From the NCBI GenBank assembly GCA_963706955.1, contig CAVPOC010000015.1, forward strand, positions 1-64,000: 64,000 nucleotides of DNA. Reading direction: 5' to 3'. The DNA comes from an uncultured Verrucomicrobiae bacterium. Its GTDB lineage: Bacteria > Verrucomicrobiota > Verrucomicrobiia > Chthoniobacterales > Terrimicrobiaceae. Positions 11,288-20,571 of this stretch are shown here, piece after piece. The position numbers and the translations under genes were made by a program. The notes under the pieces are model-generated. The model did not search any database. It was not told the origin of the DNA and worked only from the letters and a program-made list of their open reading frames with translations. How positions within the stretch are numbered: position 1 is the first letter of the stretch; every line of letters begins with the position of its first letter.

Positions 11288-12094
11288 CTACAGCGAAATC
11301 GTCCCGTCGAAAACAAAATCTGCCGGGCCAGTCAGAGTGACATTGCGCAAGCTCTCGTCAGCCGCTTCGAATCCAACTTCGAGAGTATCTCCTCCGCGAA
11401 CTTTCACTTTGATTGGGGACGCCGCGCCGTCCCGCATGCTGTGAAGCAGCGCGGCCGCACAAACGCCTGTGCCGCAGGCGAGGGTCTCTGCCTCCACGCC
11501 ACGTTCGTAGGTGCGAATGGCGATGGCCTGCGGCGCGAGCACTTGAACAAAATTGGCATTCGTTCCTCGCGGCGCAAAAGCAGGGTGGTGACGAAGGGCG
11601 GCTCCATCTTTGACCACATCAATCGCCTCGATGTCTTCCGAAAAGACGACAACGTGCGGAACTCCGGTATTTAGGAAGTGGACGTTCAGAGTTCGACCGT
11701 TGATGACAAGATCGAAGGGCGCGCGATAGGAATTTGGATCGCTCATCGTAATGCAAACAAAGTCGCCGGGAAAGGAAGCTTTGATGATCCCCGCCAGTGT
11801 TTCAAAGCTCATTTCAGCGTTGTTCGCACCCAAGCGTCGCGCGAAGCGAGCGAAACAACGTGCTCCGTTGCCACACATCTCCGCTTCTCCACCATCGGCA
11901 TTGTAGTAGCGCATTCGAAAATCTGCACCTTGCCTCGAGGGCTCGACCGCCAGGACGCCATCGGCTCCGACCCCACGATGGCGGTCGCAAAGCAGCGCCA
12001 CGCGAGAAACGTCCAAAGAGAGCGCTTGGTTGCGATTGTCAACCACGACGAAGTCATTGCCGGCCCCGTTCATTTTGGTGAAGGAAAGAAGCAT
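11288..12094 (-). CDS. dapF: Diaminopimelate epimerase
   Basis: FTKMNGAGNDF, MCGNGARC, ERGVEAETLACGTG. Confidence 0.97.
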   Translation of the reverse strand: MLLSFTKMNGAGNDFVVVDNRNQALSLDVSRVALLCDRHRGVGADGVLAVEPSRQGADFRMRYYNADGGEAEMCGNGARCFARFARRLGANNAEMSFETLAGIIKASFPGDFVCITMSDPNSYRAPFDLVINGRTLNVHFLNTGVPHVVVFSEDIEAIDVVKDGAALRHHPAFAPRGTNANFVQVLAPQAIAIRTYERGVEAETLACGTGVCAAALLHSMRDGAASPIKVKVRGGDTLEVGFEAADESLRNVTLTGPADFVFDGTISL

Positions 12095-12105
12095 GACTGC
12101 GGAAG

Positions 12106-12912
12106 CTAGGCGGACTTGGTGGCTTGCACAAGTGGGCGCACGAAATCGGCTACGCGACCGGCCAGGTCAGGAGCTGTGCCGTTTTCCGAGATGCGCCGGA
12201 CGATGGCGCTCCCAACAACGACCGCATCCGCTTGCGTTGCGACCATCGCAGCCTGCTCGGCGGTTGAGATTCCGAATCCGACCGCAATGGGCAGCGTTGT
12301 ATGCCGACGTAGCTCGGCGACTTGCGCGGAAATTGTGTCCGCCAGGCGGCTCTGCTCGCCAGTTACCCCCTCGCGAGAAACGTAGTAGACAAACCCTTGG
12401 GCGGTCGAAACGATTTTCGCCATGCGCTCGGGAGAGGTGGTCGGCGCAACCAACCGAATCGGATCAAGACCGCCTGACCAGACTAGGGCAGTATCTCGTT
12501 CGGCTTCGTCGGGTGGCAGGTCCAGAATCAATAACCCGTCTGCACCGGCCCCAGCCGCGTTCGTCAAGAACTTCTCAAAGCCGTAGGCATAGATAGGATT
12601 AAGATAGGTAAAAAGGACAATAGGAAGCTCCGATTTGGTACGGAAGCGCTCGACGATCTCGAGGGATCGGGCGACTGTCATTCCCGCGGCGAGCGCTCGA
12701 TTCGAAGCTGCTTGAATGGTTGGACCGTCGGCGAGGGGATCCGAAAACGGAATCCCCAACTCCAAAAGATCCACGCCCGCGGACTCGAGAGCATGGGCAA
12801 TATCGAGCGTTGCTTCCGCAGAGGGATCGCCTGCCGTAATGTAGGCGATAAATCCGCTCTTTTTTGTGGACGCGAGTTCTTCAAAGCGTCGCGAAATTCG
12901 TCGATGATTCAT
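12106..12912 (-). CDS. trpA: Tryptophan synthase alpha chain
   Basis: LELGIPFSDPLADGPTIQ, VSREGVTG, AVGFGIS. Confidence 0.97.
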   Translation of the reverse strand: MNHRRISRRFEELASTKKSGFIAYITAGDPSAEATLDIAHALESAGVDLLELGIPFSDPLADGPTIQAASNRALAAGMTVARSLEIVERFRTKSELPIVLFTYLNPIYAYGFEKFLTNAAGAGADGLLILDLPPDEAERDTALVWSGGLDPIRLVAPTTSPERMAKIVSTAQGFVYYVSREGVTGEQSRLADTISAQVAELRRHTTLPIAVGFGISTAEQAAMVATQADAVVVGSAIVRRISENGTAPDLAGRVADFVRPLVQATKSA

Positions 12913-13058
12913 CGGAGATGAGGCTAATCCGCAATTCAGTCGAGCTGCCGGCCCTTTCAGCTAGCCCGCATGCCCGGGTTGGCCAAGACGAAATTTGAAT
13001 TCCTCAATCGCCCGTGAGCGGAGGCGCGGCCGTTCTCACTCAAGTGATGAATGTGGTT

Positions 13059-15035
13059 CTAGCGAGGCTTTCTTTCGCGTCCGATCAAGACGCCCGCCGG
13101 AGGCATCTGCGCACTGCCTGCGAGGATGTCAAGGCCTTCCAAATTAGGAAGGTCAACGGGGAACGGATTGGAGTTGAAGAAGCAACGCAGAACGCCGATT
13201 CGTCGCGTGCGGACACCATCGGGCAGCTCGATGGTTCGTAGTTCCTGCTTGTGGGCGGCCATCTTTATCAGGTCGGCAAGCCATTGGTCGCCGGGCAAGC
13301 CCGCCATGTAAAGAAACCGGTCATGGCCAAATAATGCGCCCTGCCCATCCTCGAACCGAGCGAGTGGCTCGAGTTTGCTTGCGATTTGCTCTACCCAAAC
13401 TTCCGCGACATAAGATTTTCCGTTCCACTCCACAGTCTTCGGCGCAAACCGCGGCAGGCTATCCACCCTCAACACCCGCAAAGGGAGAAATTCTTGAAGG
13501 GGACCGGGCGGCAGGTTTTCAGGGATGCAAAAGTTAATGCTCTTCGAGCCCAAGCGAGGACCAAAGACAATCAATCCTGAGGACCGACGCAATGCCTCGA
13601 CAAACTCGGGACGCACGATCGGCAGCGGAGGAACCACGATCAACCGATACCCTGCGAGATCCCCTTTTTGAGAGACAACGTCGACGTTGAGTCCAAGCCG
13701 GCGAATGGCCCGATAGAATCTATAGACCTCGCCAAGGTAGACGAACTCACTTGATTGCGGTTGGATATCGATCGCCCAGGCCGCTTCGTAATCAAATACG
13801 AGCGCAACATCGCCCTGTTGCGTCTCCTCTCCCGTAAATAGGGAGAGCTCCTCCTTCAATTGGGCAATCTCGGTGCACGCGCTATCGGCTTCCCCGGAGG
13901 GAAGGTTAAGTCCGGAGTGGTACTGTTCCTGCCCGAAGGGAGCCTGCCTCCAGCGAAAGAAACTGACGACTTCGGCGCCGTGAGCGAAAGCTTCTAATGC
14001 CCACAGGCGCACCATTCCGGGGAGGGGAGCTGGGTTGTATGGAGCCCAGTTGACCGGACCCGGCTGCTGTTCCATCACCCACCAACGGCCGCGGCCGCAC
14101 GCGCGATAAAGGTCATGGTGAAGGGCGACATAGTCCGGGTCGCCTGAGCGCATAAAATGCCTGCGGTGTGTTTCAGAAAAGAGAGGAAACGACGCCAAAA
14201 AGCCGAGCGGATAGGAATCCCAACTCGCAAAATCGAGGTCGGCAGCCACATCAAAATGCTCGAATTCGGTGAAACCGGCCATGAAATTATGGGTGATCGG
14301 TCGCTCAGGGGAATGCTGACGCAAAATATCCACCTGGAGCCGCTGAAATTGCCGAACCATCTCCGAGCTGAAACGTCTAAAATCCAAGGCGTGTGCAGGA
14401 TTGGGGTCAGTCGGTGTGCGATTGGGCAACTCGATCTCATCGAAGTGGCGATATTCCATGCTCCAGAACACATTGCGCCACGCTGCGTTCAAGCTCGCAA
14501 TGTCCCCATATCGCTCTCGAAGCCATTGGCGAAATCGGGACCGGGCCGCGGGAGAGAATGAGACCGCCGTGTCGTGACAGCCATACTCGTTGTCGACTTG
14601 CCATGCATATACTGCCGGATGAGTCCCTACGGCTTTTGCTAGCTGCGTCACGATTTGCTGGCATTTAACTCGATATCCCTCATGCGAAAAACAGTAGTGG
14701 CGCCGCGAACCGAATGCCCTCGGCAAGCCATCTTTGTCCAGGGCGATCATGTCGGGCATCGAGTCAACCACCCACTTGGGCGGGCTTGCCGTTGGTGTTC
14801 CAACCACCGCCGCAAGCTCCGCGTTTTTGACAAGGTCGAGGAATCGCTCCAGCCAAGCAAAATTGTAACTCTCAGGTTCGGGTTCGAAACGGCTCCAAGC
14901 GAATTCTCCTACGCGAACCAAACGGATGCCGAGGTCATGCATTCTCCGCAGATCCTCAGGCCAACGACTTTCATCCCAATGTTCCGGGTAGTAACAGACC
15001 CCAAGCGCAGGAGACGAACGTTTCTTGTCGGGCAT
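13059..15035 (-). CDS. Beta-galactosidase, GH42
   Basis: GVCYYPEHW, GEFAWS, WQVDNEYG (acid/base), MEQQPG (nucleophile), EQYHSG; start reset to ATG at 15035; no signal peptide. Confidence 0.93.
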   Translation of the reverse strand: MPDKKRSSPALGVCYYPEHWDESRWPEDLRRMHDLGIRLVRVGEFAWSRFEPEPESYNFAWLERFLDLVKNAELAAVVGTPTASPPKWVVDSMPDMIALDKDGLPRAFGSRRHYCFSHEGYRVKCQQIVTQLAKAVGTHPAVYAWQVDNEYGCHDTAVSFSPAARSRFRQWLRERYGDIASLNAAWRNVFWSMEYRHFDEIELPNRTPTDPNPAHALDFRRFSSEMVRQFQRLQVDILRQHSPERPITHNFMAGFTEFEHFDVAADLDFASWDSYPLGFLASFPLFSETHRRHFMRSGDPDYVALHHDLYRACGRGRWWVMEQQPGPVNWAPYNPAPLPGMVRLWALEAFAHGAEVVSFFRWRQAPFGQEQYHSGLNLPSGEADSACTEIAQLKEELSLFTGEETQQGDVALVFDYEAAWAIDIQPQSSEFVYLGEVYRFYRAIRRLGLNVDVVSQKGDLAGYRLIVVPPLPIVRPEFVEALRRSSGLIVFGPRLGSKSINFCIPENLPPGPLQEFLPLRVLRVDSLPRFAPKTVEWNGKSYVAEVWVEQIASKLEPLARFEDGQGALFGHDRFLYMAGLPGDQWLADLIKMAAHKQELRTIELPDGVRTRRIGVLRCFFNSNPFPVDLPNLEGLDILAGSAQMPPAGVLIGRERKPR

Positions 15036-15118
15036 AATTAGGGGAAATGAGAGCAGAGGTTGGGACGAGAGCGCCAGGATTGGCCGCCTGTCGACGGACA
15101 TCGGCAGATTGCCCGCGG

Positions 15119-16300
15119 TTATCTCTCCAAGTTTTTCCTGGCGTCCCTCAAAGCTGCTTCCGGAGTGGCCTCTCCGTTCGTGGCTGTCTCGAAGGCCGCT
15201 TTCATCGAACTCCAAAGTTTACCCATCTGAGGGATATTCGGCATGACTACTCCGTTGAGAATGTTTTCATACGTTCCCTTAATGAGCGGATCTTTGGCGC
15301 TCATTTCGTCGGCAAGATCTTGCACCGCCGGAACGCCGAGCGGAGCGTCGGCGTCAATGGCCTTCAGGCCTTCCGCAGTACATACATATTTTTCGAGAAA
15401 CTGCATGGCGAAATCGGCGTTCGGGCTGGCACGATTTATGAAGGCGGTCAGGACGCCGACGAACGGCTTTCCTGGGTTCCCATTAAGCCCGGGTAGCGGA
15501 GCAAGGTCGAAATCGACGCCACTCTTACGAAGGTTGGCCCACGCCCATGGGCCATTAACCATGGTCGCAAGTTCGCCGGTGGCCATTTTTTGTTCGCCCA
15601 CATTCTGCGTGGAGCCTTTCGGAAGCACGCCGGCATTGATGAGGTCCACGATCATTTTCAACCCTTCGATGGCGCCCGCGTTATCCACTCCGACGTCCTT
15701 GGTGTCGTAACCGCTCTCCGTTTTCTTGAAAGTGTAAGCCCCGGCGCTGGCGAGGAAGGGGAAGCCAAAGTAGGGGGTCTTGTAGTCCCACATGATCGCC
15801 ATAACTTTAGGGTCCTTGGCCTTGAGCTCCTTGGCGAACTCGGGAAACTCCGAAAGCTGGGCAGGGGGCTTTCCCGAAACCAGTTTCTTATTTACGACCA
15901 AGGAGACACACTCAAGGGCGACCGGATACCCCCAAGTCTGTTTGTTATGGCTAACCGCATCCCACGACATCGGGATGAAGGCTGTTTTGAAGCCTTCACT
16001 GATCTCGAGCGGCTTAAGCAGACCTCCGTCGGCCCACTCTCCGATGCGGTCGTGTGCCCATAAGAAAATGTCAGGGCCTTTTCCACCTTGCGCAGCGGCT
16101 TGAAATTTCTCGGTGATTTGCTCCTGGGTTTCGACCTTCACCGCCACCCCCATCTCTTGTTCAAATTTCTTGCCGAGCTCCATCCACGAGCGGAAGCCCC
16201 GATTATCACTCAGCCAAATGACCAGCTCACCCTCAGTCCATGAAAATGCCCGAGGGGCGGATAGGGAGAGCAGTAAGGCTAAAAGGAGGTTAATTCTCAT
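15119..16300 (-). CDS. malE: MalE-family (malto/galacto-oligosaccharide) ABC substrate-binding protein
   Basis: Signal peptide, EGELVIW, GPDIFLWAHDR, NGPWAW, KPFVGVL, MPNIPQM, all matching E. coli MBP motifs; substrate not proven. Confidence 0.85.
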   Translation of the reverse strand: MRINLLLALLLSLSAPRAFSWTEGELVIWLSDNRGFRSWMELGKKFEQEMGVAVKVETQEQITEKFQAAAQGGKGPDIFLWAHDRIGEWADGGLLKPLEISEGFKTAFIPMSWDAVSHNKQTWGYPVALECVSLVVNKKLVSGKPPAQLSEFPEFAKELKAKDPKVMAIMWDYKTPYFGFPFLASAGAYTFKKTESGYDTKDVGVDNAGAIEGLKMIVDLINAGVLPKGSTQNVGEQKMATGELATMVNGPWAWANLRKSGVDFDLAPLPGLNGNPGKPFVGVLTAFINRASPNADFAMQFLEKYVCTAEGLKAIDADAPLGVPAVQDLADEMSAKDPLIKGTYENILNGVVMPNIPQMGKLWSSMKAAFETATNGEATPEAALRDARKNLER

Positions 16301-16587
16301 AACTTGAATCGACGTGCTGCGCCGAGTCAACGCAGGGCGAGAGAGCAAACAGGCGCAAGGCCTCACTGATCACAGCGACACTTATGAATTCCCAAGCGCT
16401 CCTGAATCGTTCAGCTGTTTTTGTTGTGGGGTTGAATCTTGTGTCTCAACCTCTACCAAAATAAACCCGACGTATCAAGGAAGCGGTTTCGCCAGATCTG
16501 TCTTTTTCGTATGACCACCACGGGCAGGTGACGTCGGCAGAAGCTGCTTAACTTCAAAAACCCGCGGACAGCCTCCGCTTAGCGCTG

Positions 16588-16652
16588 CGTAGCGACCATG
16601 TCCCAACCGGCCGCAAGAGCCGCACCTCGGCGGCAGGGACGCCACGGATACA
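16588..16652. repeat. Possible decayed GTAG-type REP doublet
   Basis: CGTAGCGACCATGTCCC...GCCGC and inverted GCGGCAGGGACGCCACGGATACA; loosely resembles the element at 26278. Confidence 0.3.
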
Positions 16653-16662
16653 GGAATTAGGG

Positions 16663-16729
16663 TGTGAACAATTCAGCAATCTCCCGGGCGGCGAGTAATG
16701 CTTCCGGAGTTATTCGGAAGTTATTCACA
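16663..16729. promoter_or_regulatory. DnaA-box-like cluster 1
   Basis: TTATTCACA 16721-16729 (perfect TTWTNCACA), TTATTCGGA 16710-16718 (2 mismatches), inverted TGTGAACAA 16663-16671 (1 mismatch). Confidence 0.5.
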
Positions 16730-16756
16730 ACCACTGAAGGTCCTCTCTCCCATGCG

Positions 16757-16794
16757 ACTATCTATAACATCATATAATATATGTCATATATAGT
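16757..16794. other. AT-rich imperfect palindrome; dif-like 11-6-11 core or DNA-unwinding element
   Basis: ACTATCTATAACAT-N10-ATGTCATATATAGT (12/14 arms, 7 G+C in 38 nt); core 16762-16789 CTATAACATCA-TATATA-ATATGTCATAT. Confidence 0.45.
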
Positions 16795-16868
16795 TGAGGA
16801 AGATTCGGGAGCTGCTGGGCATGTGCGAGGTCCATTTTGTTCTGCCCGAGCCTGCGAGTGTGATATGA

Positions 16869-18365
16869 ATGGAGCGAATCGTGTCCTGGAAAATCGCTGA
16901 TGTGATAGATTTCGAATGGCTTGTCGCCGCGGACGGCGAGCTTGACCAGGAGGCACTGCGGAGTCGCGACAGCACACTTTCTGCTCAGCTTCTCGCACCC
17001 GATCCGAGGCAGCGGACTCGCGGTCGCAGGGAGATTTTCCGTGCGTGGCTCGAGGCGCGGCGCAATGAAATCTCTGAGATGCTGCCGGGCGAGTATTTTC
17101 TAACTGCCTGGCAATTGCTGGTGGTCGTTTCTGCTTTGACGGGTGCTGGCCTCGGGTTGAGCGTCGCCGCGGCACTCCTCCTGGCTTACACGGGCGATGA
17201 ACCGGTAAACGTGAGTTGGTTTTTTGCGTGTACCGTAGGCATTCAGTGGCTGATTCTTTTGGCCTCTCTGCTGATCTGGTTTTTGAGACGCACAACCCAT
17301 CTCTTCGAAAACTTCCGCCCGTTGCGCAACTTGCTCGCCGGCCTGATTTGGTCTTTGAGTGCTGCCCTACAGCAGCTTCCCGGTGAGCAACGCCAACGGA
17401 TGCGCGCGCGGCTGATGGGGATTCGCCGCAAGGGTGAAGTTTTTCAGCTGCTTATCTGGCCTCTTCTCATCATCACCCAAATTTTTGGGGTGTTCTTCAA
17501 CGTCGGTGTGCTGGTTGCGCTGTTGCTGCCCCTAGGTCGAGACGTTGCCTTTGGCTGGCAATCGACCGTGAAGACGAGTCCGGACACAGTTTATCAACTG
17601 GTTTCCTCGATTGCGGCGCCTTGGTCTTTCATTCCACAGCCTCATCCCACCCGCGAAGATGTTTTCCAGAGCCGTTTTTCTTACAGCGAAGGCATTCGTT
17701 CGCTTTCCTTACCGGCCATGACGTCCTGGTGGCCTTTTCTGTTCTACGCCACCATTTTTTACGGTCTTCTCGTGAGAATGTGTTTATTGGTGTGGTGTGC
17801 GTTGGGTTTGCGAGGGGCGCTGCGCGGTTATTTGTTTAACCATGCTTGGCACAATGCGCTTTTTCGGCGTCTGACAGGGCCAGTCATACAGGGTCATCTG
17901 GAAACGGCGCGGCTCGAGGTGCCGGAGGCATTTACGACGTCAATGGATCACAAGACGAGCGGGGTGTGTCTGGCGTTGATCGCGAGTGAGCTCGAGATTG
18001 CCGAAAGCGAGGTCGAGTTGGGTCTGCGCACATTGGGCTGGCAGCCATCAAGCCCGATCCTCCCTTTGCGCATCGACGATCCCAGTAGCAATACGGCGGT
18101 GCTCGATCGAATCGGCCGCGAGGCCGCCTCGCTGACCGGAATTGCCGTCCTAATTGGCGCACGTCGGACTCCAATTCGTGCGATTGCGTTGATGCTTGAG
18201 AGAATTACGCGGGCTGCCGGTGCGAATATTGAGGTTCTTGTCTTATTGGTGCACGCCGGCACGGAAGAGGTCAGCGCGCAGGAAATAATGGAGAAATTCG
18301 CCACCTGGCGCAATTTCCTGGCCATTCACGACCTCCACGTCGGCTTGGAAAGATGGCCGCGATGA
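16869..18365 (+). CDS. DUF2868-like multi-pass membrane protein
   Basis: Several TM segments, YTGDEPVNV, DVAFGWQST, WWPFL...YGLLVR, soluble C-terminal domain; coupled to the GTPase. Confidence 0.75.
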   Translation: MERIVSWKIADVIDFEWLVAADGELDQEALRSRDSTLSAQLLAPDPRQRTRGRREIFRAWLEARRNEISEMLPGEYFLTAWQLLVVVSALTGAGLGLSVAAALLLAYTGDEPVNVSWFFACTVGIQWLILLASLLIWFLRRTTHLFENFRPLRNLLAGLIWSLSAALQQLPGEQRQRMRARLMGIRRKGEVFQLLIWPLLIITQIFGVFFNVGVLVALLLPLGRDVAFGWQSTVKTSPDTVYQLVSSIAAPWSFIPQPHPTREDVFQSRFSYSEGIRSLSLPAMTSWWPFLFYATIFYGLLVRMCLLVWCALGLRGALRGYLFNHAWHNALFRRLTGPVIQGHLETARLEVPEAFTTSMDHKTSGVCLALIASELEIAESEVELGLRTLGWQPSSPILPLRIDDPSSNTAVLDRIGREAASLTGIAVLIGARRTPIRAIALMLERITRAAGANIEVLVLLVHAGTEEVSAQEIMEKFATWRNFLAIHDLHVGLERWPR

Positions 18366-19801
18366 GTGAGACGGTCCCCACCTTTGCCGTCGTCGGAGCG
18401 GTAAATCACGGAAAATCGTCGGTCGTTTCGACCCTCGCGGAGAACGATCAGGTCCGAATCAGCCCGATGCCTGGGGAAACAGTTACCTGCCAGCGATTTT
18501 GGCTTCGCGATCTCTTTGCCTTTTACGACACACCAGGTTTTCAGAATGCAATCGAAGCTCTTCGGGAGTTGGAGGCGGCTGCGCGCGTGCCAGAGCCTCT
18601 GGCTGTCTTTCGCGATTTTCTCTCCCGCAACACGGGAAAATCGGACTTTGAAGCCGAATGCCGCCTTCTTGAGCCAATCGTTAAAGAAGATGCGGGCATC
18701 ATCTACGTTGTTGACGGATCCGAGCCGCTCCTGGAGATCCACGTCGCGGAGATGGAAATTTTAAGACTCACCGGTCAGCCCCGCCTTGCCATCATTAATA
18801 GGACTAAGTCCGAAGACCACCTGGCGGAATGGCGCCGGCGCTTGGCACTACACTTCAATGCAGTGCGCGAATTCAACGCTCATCACGCCACTTTCTCAGA
18901 CCGCGTCGAATTGCTCGAGACACTCGCGGGGATTGAACAGCGTTGGAAACCCCGCCTGATGCAAGCCGTCGCAATTTTTCGCGAAGAATGGGAAAAACGC
19001 CTCGATGATTGCGCGGACATTATTGCCGAATTGATTACGGATGCGCTAACGCACACCGAGTCGGGGCCGGGCTCAGAGCTCACCTCGCGCCAACGAGCGG
19101 TCGCTGAGAAACTCAAGGCGCAATACATGAGCTCCGTCAGCGAGCGCGAAGCCAGAGCCCATCGAGAACTGATTCTCCTTTTCGAGCACCATCGCGTGAA
19201 GACGGCCCAGTCGATCGACCATGTCATCGATGCTGGATTGTTCAGCGAGGAAACCTGGCGCTTGTTCGGACTTAATGAAGGGCAACTGGTGGTCGCAGGG
19301 GCTATTGGTGGCGCTGCGGCTGGCGCGCTTTTTGATCTCGCCACGGCTGGACATTCCATTGGCATTCCTACCTTTATCGGAGCTGCCGGTGGTGCCGTCG
19401 GAAGCTTCCTTATGGGCAAGCGACGACCCGAGCTGAAGGCGTCGCTGCCCGGTGGATTTCCGTTCGGAGCAGGCAAGCAGGTGCATCTAGGCGGCCGAAC
19501 CCTCTCCGTAGGTCCGTGCCAGGCAGTAAACTTTCCCTGGATTCTGCTCGACCGCGCCTTCGGTGTTTTTTGCTACCTCCTTGGTCGGGCCCACGCGCGC
19601 CGCGACGAGGCCACTCTTGGCGCATCGGAAATCAAAGCAGTGCTCGAGCAATACGGCGCAAATACGTCCAACTGGAGCGATGAGAAGCGCAAGATCTGTG
19701 AAAAGATTTTCGCCGCAATGCGGCGCAGCAAGTCCACCGCTGAGCAACGCAATACTCTCCGAGTCATAATTCGTGAGCAACTTGGCACACTTATCCAGTA
19801 A
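18362..19801 (+). CDS. TRAFAC GTPase with DUF3482-like C-terminal domain
   Basis: G1 GAVNHGKSS, G2 Thr (PGET), G3 DTPG, degenerate G4 (INRT), Gly/Ala hydrophobic hairpin, HARR motif; ATGA overlap with upstream gene. Confidence 0.8.
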   Translation: MSETVPTFAVVGAVNHGKSSVVSTLAENDQVRISPMPGETVTCQRFWLRDLFAFYDTPGFQNAIEALRELEAAARVPEPLAVFRDFLSRNTGKSDFEAECRLLEPIVKEDAGIIYVVDGSEPLLEIHVAEMEILRLTGQPRLAIINRTKSEDHLAEWRRRLALHFNAVREFNAHHATFSDRVELLETLAGIEQRWKPRLMQAVAIFREEWEKRLDDCADIIAELITDALTHTESGPGSELTSRQRAVAEKLKAQYMSSVSEREARAHRELILLFEHHRVKTAQSIDHVIDAGLFSEETWRLFGLNEGQLVVAGAIGGAAAGALFDLATAGHSIGIPTFIGAAGGAVGSFLMGKRRPELKASLPGGFPFGAGKQVHLGGRTLSVGPCQAVNFPWILLDRAFGVFCYLLGRAHARRDEATLGASEIKAVLEQYGANTSNWSDEKRKICEKIFAAMRRSKSTAEQRNTLRVIIREQLGTLIQ

Positions 19802-19892
19802 CAGCCGGCTCCTTCGTTGAGTTCCTTGGCCCAAAACACCTCCCTACCCCGGGCAAGGCTTCCAGCTCCATATCTTCACATCAGCGCCAAGA

Positions 19893-19907
19893 GGCCGCCC
19901 GGCGGCC
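19893..19907. terminator. GC hairpin between convergent genes
   Basis: GGCCGC-CCG-GCGGCC; weak U-tract. Confidence 0.25.
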
Positions 19908-19917
19908 GTTCGCTCGC

Positions 19918-20571
19918 CTAAAGCTTCTGGATGAGCTGACCCAGAATTTCTTCCAAGCCCTTGGCAAGCTGATCTTGTGCCACCCTCGAGTTTTTCAGCA
20001 ACTGGTTGAAGCCTGCTGCACTCGAAGGATGGCCGATCAAGTAGCGAAATAATGCCAGCGAATCAGGACGACCCGTCCTGGGGTTCAGGAGGACGTCGGA
20101 GGGAATCGGCAGGTCGTCTTCGACGGGGTCGCTAATGCACCTGATACTCAGCATTGGGAGTCCGCGTGCGGCACAGACCAGCGCCAAATGGGCGGTTTCC
20201 AAATCACCCGCAAGACACCCGGTGTGCACCCCGAGCGATTTCTTGTCTTCTGCTTTCTCGAGAATTCGTTCAGCCGTGGTAACCGATCCGACGTGCCATC
20301 GCTCATTCAGGTCCAACTTTGCAACGATATTGGAGTCCGAATAATTCTCTCCCAGGATCAGATCTCCAGCTTCAAGTCCAGGCTGCAGTCCTCCGGAAAA
20401 TCCCGCTGAGATCAGTAGCGCTGGCTTCGTATCGCCAAGTCTCTTGTCCAAATTTTTCGCCGCCCCCAGGCCCATCTCCCCTAACAGCCAGACACCGACA
20501 CGGAGGCGCGGATCGTGCCGCGCCCGAAAGCACGCGCTTTCGAACTCCAAAGCGAAAGCGATCGCGATCAT
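19918..20571 (-). CDS. Nucleoside phosphorylase/MTA-SAH nucleosidase superfamily protein (HpnG-like)
   Basis: LISAGFSGGL..GDLIL, GDLETA, IRCISD; ATG overlaps the upstream stop (ATGA). Confidence 0.75.
   Translation of the reverse strand: MIAIAFALEFESACFRARHDPRLRVGVWLLGEMGLGAAKNLDKRLGDTKPALLISAGFSGGLQPGLEAGDLILGENYSDSNIVAKLDLNERWHVGSVTTAERILEKAEDKKSLGVHTGCLAGDLETAHLALVCAARGLPMLSIRCISDPVEDDLPIPSDVLLNPRTGRPDSLALFRYLIGHPSSAAGFNQLLKNSRVAQDQLAKGLEEILGQLIQKL

Noticed and set aside
15036..15215. 60-aa N-terminal extension of GH42 in the ORF track
   Set aside because: Overlaps the malE 3' end; GH42 homology starts after the ATG at 15035
16428..16453. GGTTGA-N10-TCAACC inverted repeat upstream of malE
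   Set aside because: Short, and it does not match the palindrome at 29586, so no shared operator can be claimed
19801..19918. Second dif-like site closing a Xer module around the GTPase pair
   Set aside because: No 11-6-11 AT-rich site seen downstream
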